From positions 17,661 through 81,660 of the forward strand of contig CANCPL010000001.1 of assembly GCA_947380065.1 (NCBI GenBank): 64,000 bases of DNA, given 5' to 3'. The translations under genes were made by a program, and so were the position numbers. Below the pieces are notes generated by a model. The model did not search any database, was not told the DNA's origin, and was given only the letters and a program-made list of their open reading frames with translations. Origin of the DNA: Burkholderiaceae bacterium (GTDB lineage: Bacteria > Pseudomonadota > Gammaproteobacteria > Burkholderiales > Burkholderiaceae). Position 1 is the stretch's first letter. The number at the start of each line of letters is the position of its first letter. Positions 58,144-64,000 of the stretch are shown here, piece after piece.

Positions 58144-58838
58144 GTACTTTTCTGAAAAAATTGGATACCTATATTCCGTTCAATAAAACGGAACGCATCA
58201 TTATTGGCATCGTCCTCCTACTGCACGCACTACCTGCTCTTGAGTTTTTACACTTTAGTCAGCGCCCACCGCAAATGGATGATGAACGCGTGATGGCAAA
58301 TCTAGTTAGTCCGGAAGCTGCAAAAAGCCAACAAGCGCCTGCCGCTACTCCGCCAAAACCCAAAGAAGAGAAGAAAGCGGTTCAGGAGAAGCCAAAAGAA
58401 AAACTGACGGAGAAGCCTAGCCCAACCCAGGCCCAGCCACCAACACCCGCAAACCAAGCTCAAAGCAAATCTGAATCTCAATCGCAATCTCAGACTCAGA
58501 ATGCTGCCGTTGCCCCTGCAACCGGTGGTGGTACTAGCGGTACACCCATTCAGACTGACATTGGTAAACTGGTAGTGGTTTATCAACCAGATGCAGATGC
58601 TTATTACCCCTCCTTTTCTAAGCGTTCCGGCGAACAAGGGGCAGTTGTAGTGCGCTTAATTATTGATGAGACTGGTAGCGTAGAAGATGTAGCATTACTA
58701 CAGTCAAGCACATTCCCTAGGCTTGATCGTGCCGCTACGGACATCGGTAAACGCTATCGCTTTAAACCTTTTTTAGTAAATGGCTCACCCCAAAGAATTT
58801 CGACCAATCTTTTAATTAAATTTAATCTCAAGAATTAA
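58140..58838 (+). CDS. tonB: energy transducer TonB
   Basis: TM helix with His, Pro/Lys/Gln-rich linker, YP...GEQG.V and SS...LDRAA. Confidence 0.88.
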   Translation: MSTFLKKLDTYIPFNKTERIIIGIVLLLHALPALEFLHFSQRPPQMDDERVMANLVSPEAAKSQQAPAATPPKPKEEKKAVQEKPKEKLTEKPSPTQAQPPTPANQAQSKSESQSQSQTQNAAVAPATGGGTSGTPIQTDIGKLVVVYQPDADAYYPSFSKRSGEQGAVVVRLIIDETGSVEDVALLQSSTFPRLDRAATDIGKRYRFKPFLVNGSPQRISTNLLIKFNLKN

Positions 58839-58843
58839 TCAAT

Positions 58844-59536
58844 ATGAATACACCATTTGGCATAGCAAATCTCTGGCTTGAGGGCGATCTGATTACCCGA
58901 TTTGTGGCGCTTGCCCTACTAAGCTGTTCGATTGTGACTTGGGTGATCTTATTAACTCGACTATGGGATTTACGTAACCTGCGCAAACTCAAACCTGAGC
59001 TCGAGCAATTTTGGCGCGCCACGTCTTTTGATCAAGGCTTGCAAGCCTTCAGTAATCACGCCATCAATCCTTATTATCAAATTGCGAAGCTGGCAACAAA
59101 GGCCTCGGCGCATCACCAAAGCCAATCCACTAATCACCGTGAATTACTGCAAACATTGAACTACTCAGAGTGGATGGCTAGAAGCGTAAAAAATAGCGTT
59201 GATACTATTGCTGCCAGCTTACAAAAGGGCCTGACTTTCTTGGGCTCTACCGGCGCTATCGCACCATTTATTGGTCTATTTGGCACCGTTTGGGGAATCT
59301 ATCACGCCTTGATCTCTATCAGTAGCTCTGGCAGCGCCCAGATTGATCAAGTGGCCGGCCCCATAGGGGAGGCGCTCATCATGACTGCGCTTGGATTGGC
59401 AGTGGCGATCCCTGCGGTTCTGAGCTTTAATGCTATCAATCGCGCCAATAAATTATTTGTTGCCGACCTCAATCGTTTTGGTAATGACCTATTGGCCTAC
59501 TTTGTTACTGGTGCCCGCGTTAATTCCGGGGAATAA
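58844..59536 (+). CDS. exbB: ExbB/TolQ proton channel
   Basis: APFIGLFGTVWGI and EALIMTALGL motifs. Confidence 0.9.
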   Translation: MNTPFGIANLWLEGDLITRFVALALLSCSIVTWVILLTRLWDLRNLRKLKPELEQFWRATSFDQGLQAFSNHAINPYYQIAKLATKASAHHQSQSTNHRELLQTLNYSEWMARSVKNSVDTIAASLQKGLTFLGSTGAIAPFIGLFGTVWGIYHALISISSSGSAQIDQVAGPIGEALIMTALGLAVAIPAVLSFNAINRANKLFVADLNRFGNDLLAYFVTGARVNSGE

Positions 59537-59538
59537 CG

Positions 59539-59952
59539 ATGTCTTTTCATATTCAAGACGACCAAAACGACGATAGCATCATGTCGGAAATCAACATGAC
59601 ACCGATGGTCGATGTCATGTTGGTGCTGTTGATTATTTTCATCATCACCTTACCCGTCATTCAACAGGCCGTGAAGGTGGAGTTGCCCAAGGCCAATAGT
59701 GTACGCAATGAAGTGAAGCCTGAGTCAGTGCAACTATCCATTGATGCGAATGGACAAATTTTCTGGAATAGTACGCCGATTGATTTGAAAACCTTCGATG
59801 GGTATGCAGAAAAAGCTGCTCAGAAAGTTCCGCAGCCAGAAATCAATTTACGTGCTGATAAGTCTGTGAAATATGAATACGTTGCACAAGTGCTAGCAGC
59901 CTCAAGACGAGCAGGTTTAACCAAGCTGGGCTTTGTGACGGAGCCAAATTAA
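59539..59952 (+). CDS. exbD: ExbD/TolR
   Basis: EINMTPMVDVMLVLLIIF and RADK motifs. Confidence 0.9.
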   Translation: MSFHIQDDQNDDSIMSEINMTPMVDVMLVLLIIFIITLPVIQQAVKVELPKANSVRNEVKPESVQLSIDANGQIFWNSTPIDLKTFDGYAEKAAQKVPQPEINLRADKSVKYEYVAQVLAASRRAGLTKLGFVTEPN

Positions 59953-59956
59953 GGCT

Positions 59957-60409
59957 TTAACGCGCCTTAGCAGGCAAGCAGATCTCTTCGCTAGTCCGAG
60001 TTCCGTTACCCAGATTGCTGCCTAAGATTCCCCCCTGAATTGTCTCGACTTTTTTTAATTTACCGGTCGCTTGATTCAGGGTAAGCAGAGTCGTTACGGT
60101 GCCCGCAGGATAAGCAATACCTGCTACTATCTCTGGCTCAAAATGGGCATCGATCAGCATCACAATATTGGGAGGGGTGATGTGAACATTTTTCACCACT
60201 TGAGTCCCATTCATGCCCGTTTGGTCTAAATCTCTGCCATCCAGATAAATCTTAGCCTTAGATAGCTTGGTAGCCGCTACCACCTTCATTTCATACTCTT
60301 CTGTGAAGTCTTTTTCCGCTCTTTTACAGTCAAAGATAAGCGTCTCGGCAGCGATAGCTAACCGATACGGAGAAACCAGGAAGAGAAATATCAATAGATA
60401 GCGTTTCAT
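59957..60409 (-). CDS. hypothetical secreted protein
   Basis: Signal peptide MKRYLL...AIA and two cysteines near the termini. Confidence 0.75.
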   Translation of the reverse strand: MKRYLLIFLFLVSPYRLAIAAETLIFDCKRAEKDFTEEYEMKVVAATKLSKAKIYLDGRDLDQTGMNGTQVVKNVHITPPNIVMLIDAHFEPEIVAGIAYPAGTVTTLLTLNQATGKLKKVETIQGGILGSNLGNGTRTSEEICLPAKAR

Positions 60410-60420
60410 TACTAAGTATC

Positions 60421-60458
60421 TGAGTGCATCTGTGTGTATCTGTGTGCTTCTGTGCATC
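60421..60458. repeat. imperfect tandem 10-bp repeats (TGTGTG(C/T)(A/T)TC, about 3.5 copies)
   Basis: tgagtgcatc|tgtgtgtatc|tgtgtgcttc|tgtgcatc. Confidence 0.7.
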
Positions 60459-60495
60459 ACTCTAATATTGAAGGAATGCGAACAGAGTAACCGTA

Positions 60496-62730
60496 TTACT
60501 GTAGCGAGCTAACCAATGATTGGAAGTTCTCTTCACTTAAAGGCTTTCCATAAAGATAGCCTTGATAAAAACAGCAGCCCTCCGCAAGGAGATAATCACG
60601 CTGCTCGATAGTTTCTACCCCCTCGGCAACTACCTTTAACTTCAGGGTTTGAGCTAACGATAATATCGAACGAATGATGGCGCGATCACCCTCATCCCAG
60701 GCAATATCAAGAACAAAACTTTTATCAATCTTCAGCTCATCAAGGGGTAAGCGCTTTAGATAACTTAGTGATGAATAACCAGTACCAAAGTCATCCATTG
60801 AAAATTGAATACCTAGCTCTCTCAAGGTATTCATTGTGCCGATCACTGCATCAACATCCTCCAGCAAGAGGCCTTCTGTAAGCTCTAACTTGAGTAATTT
60901 AGGATTAATTTTCGCAATACTGACTGCAGACTTCACCATTTCAATAAAGTTTTCTTTCCTAAATTGCTTTGCACTGATATTTACTGATAAAACCAAATTC
61001 TTAGTGCCTTCATCTTGGGACCATCTCTTTAATTGGGCACATGCGCCCTTTAGCGCCCACTCACCAATTGAAATAATGAGCCCAGCTTCCTCTGCTATCG
61101 GAATAAATATATCCGGAGAAATCACTTCCAAATCCAATGGACTCCAACGCAACAAGGCTTCCGCACCAATGACTTTGCCTAATTGATCTACTTGAGGTTG
61201 ATACATCAAGCTCAATTCACCTTTATCCATTGCCCGCTTTAAGCTAGCCTCCATGGTAATTTTTTCGGTAAATTGAATATGCATCGCATCATTAAAGAAA
61301 CGAATCGTATTTCGACCGGCTGCTTTAGCTTGATACAGCGCCAAATCAGCTTCTTTTAGTAATTCATTGGTACCTTGAGTCTTATCGGAAAACAAGGTAA
61401 TTCCAATACTCGCGGTAGTAGTGTGAATAATCCCATTCAAATTTACTGGCTCTGAAATACTTTTATGTAACTTGTCCGCAATCAGATTGAGTGCATGCAT
61501 AGCATTTTCAGCATTGGGTCCCAAATCAGGGATTAAGACAATGAATTCATCTCCCCCAAGCCTCGCAGCAGTATCCATCTCGCGCAAGTTACTTCTTAAG
61601 CTCTGTGCTACTGCCATTAACACTTGATCGCCCATATCATGGCCTCGAGTGTCGTTGATTGACTTAAATCGATCAATGTCAATCAATAGAACCGCTCCGT
61701 ATACATGGTTACGTGAAGCCGCAATCCGAGCCTGGTTCAAACGATCCAGCAAGAGCCGTCTATTTGGTAAGTTGGTTAGCGGATCGTAGTAAGCGAGCTC
61801 TAAAATCTTACGCTCCGCTTCTCTAGGATCGCTAGTATTTGAGTAAATACCGATGTAGTGAGTATGAGTTCCATCCTCACCTTTCACGGCTGAAATCGAT
61901 AGCCATACCGGAATAGTGCGCCCCTCTTTATTTCGATTCCAGACGCTTCCTTCCCACTTCCCTTCGGTTGAAACCGCCTCCCATAAATTACGATAAAAGG
62001 CTTCATCGTGGTGTTCAACAGATTTAAAAATAGATGTGTTTTTTCCAACTAGCTCTTCGGCTGGGTAACCAGAAGTTTTCTCAAAAGCCGAATTCACCCT
62101 CAATATAATGCCCTGATGGTCAGTCACAATCATGCCATCACCTGACTGGAATGCTACAGAAGCAATTCGCAGCTCTTCTTCTGAATTTTTTCTGATCGTA
62201 ATATCTTCGGAAAAAATGATTAAGCCGCCGACAGTGTCATTCGAAAGCATCCAAGGCTTGATCTCCCAGCGAATCCAGCCACAACTACCATCGGTATAAA
62301 TAATTCGCTCCTCATTACAGGATGCAGATTCTCCAAGCAAGCACTTTTCGTGCAGTCGCTTATTCTCTTCAGAAATATTGGGCGCAATCTCGTAATGACT
62401 TTTGCCGATAATATCAACGTCTTCTATTTTTCGATCTTCAAGCCAACGTCGACTCGCATAGAGGTATCGCATTTGACTATCCAGCATCACTATGCCAGTC
62501 GGGGCATTTTCAATAAAAAGCTGTAATTGCTTATTCACGCCTGTCAATTCTTGCGCGGTTACTTCAACTGCATTTTCTAGCAAGCGACGTTCACGATCTA
62601 CCTGTTGGTAGGTTTCATTCACGACATTAACAAATGCCAACCAATGCTCAGCATTCATCGCCGCCATTTCAGGCAAATTTCTAAATTGCCGCTTTAAGAG
62701 TCGGTGCTGGTTTTTTATCTCAAAGCCCAT
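60496..62730 (-). CDS. PAS-PAS-GGDEF-EAL protein with FIST-partner-type N-terminus
   Basis: REMD with GGDEF, EAL, DDFGTGYSS and two PAS/PAC domains. Confidence 0.92.
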   Translation of the reverse strand: MGFEIKNQHRLLKRQFRNLPEMAAMNAEHWLAFVNVVNETYQQVDRERRLLENAVEVTAQELTGVNKQLQLFIENAPTGIVMLDSQMRYLYASRRWLEDRKIEDVDIIGKSHYEIAPNISEENKRLHEKCLLGESASCNEERIIYTDGSCGWIRWEIKPWMLSNDTVGGLIIFSEDITIRKNSEEELRIASVAFQSGDGMIVTDHQGIILRVNSAFEKTSGYPAEELVGKNTSIFKSVEHHDEAFYRNLWEAVSTEGKWEGSVWNRNKEGRTIPVWLSISAVKGEDGTHTHYIGIYSNTSDPREAERKILELAYYDPLTNLPNRRLLLDRLNQARIAASRNHVYGAVLLIDIDRFKSINDTRGHDMGDQVLMAVAQSLRSNLREMDTAARLGGDEFIVLIPDLGPNAENAMHALNLIADKLHKSISEPVNLNGIIHTTTASIGITLFSDKTQGTNELLKEADLALYQAKAAGRNTIRFFNDAMHIQFTEKITMEASLKRAMDKGELSLMYQPQVDQLGKVIGAEALLRWSPLDLEVISPDIFIPIAEEAGLIISIGEWALKGACAQLKRWSQDEGTKNLVLSVNISAKQFRKENFIEMVKSAVSIAKINPKLLKLELTEGLLLEDVDAVIGTMNTLRELGIQFSMDDFGTGYSSLSYLKRLPLDELKIDKSFVLDIAWDEGDRAIIRSILSLAQTLKLKVVAEGVETIEQRDYLLAEGCCFYQGYLYGKPLSEENFQSLVSSLQ

Positions 62731-62744
62731 ATCTAAGACTTGCC

Positions 62745-63854
62745 TTATTCCGACAACAGCGTGAGAGTCGTGGTTTGATTATGCAAGGCGCAGTCAGCCG
62801 GCTCAAAGGGAGCAATTTCACCATAAGAATAAAAGCCAAACACTGTCGTTTTTGGACCCAATATCGACTGAATCGCTTCTAATTCTTCACCGGCAATCTG
62901 GTCCATCACCAGACGTCTTCCAACGCAGCTGACCACCAAGCACAGGGAGTCTTGCTTACTTGCTTCAATATGTAGGTTGTTGGTGATGTTCACAGATGCA
63001 TCAATCAATGAATCAATGTCCGTCTTCATTAATTTACACAAACTACCTTGCGGCACATCTCCCGCAAAACTTAAACTCATCTCGTCCCAATTTACCCCCA
63101 ACAAAGTGCGAACGTATGGTCGCCCTGAGGAAGCATCAGTTACCGAAAGGGGGAAGCGTAAGCCGCTTCCAGGGAGTTCTGTGGAGAGCTCACCCAAATA
63201 CTTGGTATAGATTTCTAAAGCAGGCCTATGGTCAATCTCATAAACAACGCTTCCTTTGGCCCGAGTTACTTTGCGCTCAGGACCAAACTCCCGCCAACCA
63301 GTGGAGCATCCATAGGAGACATCTAGGTCCCCGTAAAAACCAATCAATCCAATCTGATGCTGTTTTGCTGGCCCATTCACCATAACCCAAGAGGCTTTAA
63401 AGCGATCGGCATCTCCTGCTAAACCACCGGTAATAGGAACACCTAATCTGTTGAGTGTTTTTGTTAGCTCAGAACCGCTGATCGATAAACCATCTGAAAG
63501 TACAAACATATGCTTTGGCTTAGAGTCGTCAAATTCTTTAGACAAGCGACTAACTGCTGACTCAACATCTTCATCACTTTCAATAAAGACATTTCTGACT
63601 AAAACTCGGGTTGCTGAAAATGAAATGGCTGACAAAATAATATCTCGATCAGATATTCGGTCTCCGCAAATATTTCCAGAAGAAGAGCAACCTACAATTT
63701 CAGCAGATGGGAAAAAAGATCTGATCTCTTCGTAACATTGAGTCTCTTTAAAGAAAGGGTGCTCAGCATATGCGATTACCAGATTGACCTCAGGGTGCAG
63801 AGATAGGTCGCCCCAGCCCTGAGATTCGGTCCACCTGTAGGTATTCACTTTCAT
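62745..63854 (-). CDS. FIST domain (NosP-like) sensory protein
   Basis: GCSSSG, GGLAGD, SCVGR, GFYSYGE and LHNQT motifs. Confidence 0.92.
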   Translation of the reverse strand: MKVNTYRWTESQGWGDLSLHPEVNLVIAYAEHPFFKETQCYEEIRSFFPSAEIVGCSSSGNICGDRISDRDIILSAISFSATRVLVRNVFIESDEDVESAVSRLSKEFDDSKPKHMFVLSDGLSISGSELTKTLNRLGVPITGGLAGDADRFKASWVMVNGPAKQHQIGLIGFYGDLDVSYGCSTGWREFGPERKVTRAKGSVVYEIDHRPALEIYTKYLGELSTELPGSGLRFPLSVTDASSGRPYVRTLLGVNWDEMSLSFAGDVPQGSLCKLMKTDIDSLIDASVNITNNLHIEASKQDSLCLVVSCVGRRLVMDQIAGEELEAIQSILGPKTTVFGFYSYGEIAPFEPADCALHNQTTTLTLLSE

Positions 63855-63952
63855 TAGTCCATTTTATACAACGAAAGCCACTTTTTTTACCTAAATTCAA
63901 GTATAAAAAGTGGATCGCGCGCTTTACCAAAGCGAAATGGAAGTAGTCTTCA

Positions 63953-64000
63953 TGGTGCCCGAGGCCGGAATCGAACCGGCACGACTTTTTTGAGTCGGCA
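63953..64000 (-). tRNA. tRNA-Leu, 3' part only (anticodon outside window)
   Basis: Variable arm CGACT...AGTCG, GTGCCGGTTCGATTCCGGC T-arm, discriminator A and CCA. Confidence 0.8.

Noticed and set aside
58300-58540. Low-complexity Q/S/P/K repeats in tonB
   Set aside because: This is the normal periplasm-spanning linker of TonB.
773-63735. Numerous 60-140 aa ORFs antisense to or overlapping the annotated genes (for example 3365-3718, 21007-21375, 47998-48375)
   Set aside because: They are shadow ORFs of well-supported genes and lack recognisable motifs.
63878-63912. CCACTTTTT...AAAAAGTGG inverted repeat downstream of tRNA-Leu
   Set aside because: It is an AT-rich stem with a large loop, plausibly an ordinary terminator or promoter element, with too little evidence to call.
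1-64000. CRISPR array, rRNA, IS transposase or phage structural genes
   Set aside because: No regularly spaced repeats or corresponding protein motifs were seen.

Overview
This 64-kb window looks like a streamlined betaproteobacterial chromosome; the protein style suggests Polynucleobacter or a relative in Burkholderiaceae, which is an inference. (1) Bases 1-10467 are an AT-rich accessory island abutting the 3' end of tRNA-Ser(TGA). It carries a small serine recombinase with a res-like upstream region, two orphan lipoproteins, a Sel1-repeat protein, a complete Neisseria-type peptidoglycan O-acetylation cluster (patA-patB-ape1) and a lytic transglycosylase. An identical 20-bp quasi-palindrome at 1537 and 10350 brackets this cargo. 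(2) Core genes follow (lhgO-like, pgi, pmm/pgm), then an unusual fusion of an NMT1/THI5 periplasmic binding domain to a TRIC channel, convergent on a cNMP-domain MscS channel. (3) A self-contained type IVa pilus locus of about 18 kb has PilM-PilN and PilO-PilP fusions, a lipidated AMIN-less PilQ and a PilY1 with an atypical N-terminal domain. It appears to end with its own transglycosylase and the MscS-cNMP channel, and it is preceded by PilZ and MASE1-PAS-GGDEF-EAL genes. (4) The right part holds nadA, nadC, nadB, a two-subunit NAD-dependent formate dehydrogenase, DUF748, DUF1080, YciI, a secreted amidohydrolase, tRNA-Ser(GGA), acs, a class I fumarase, murI-tonB-exbB-exbD, a FIST plus PAS-GGDEF-EAL pair and the 3' part of a tRNA-Leu. 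No CRISPR array or rRNA was seen. All family assignments come from motif recognition by eye, not database searches.
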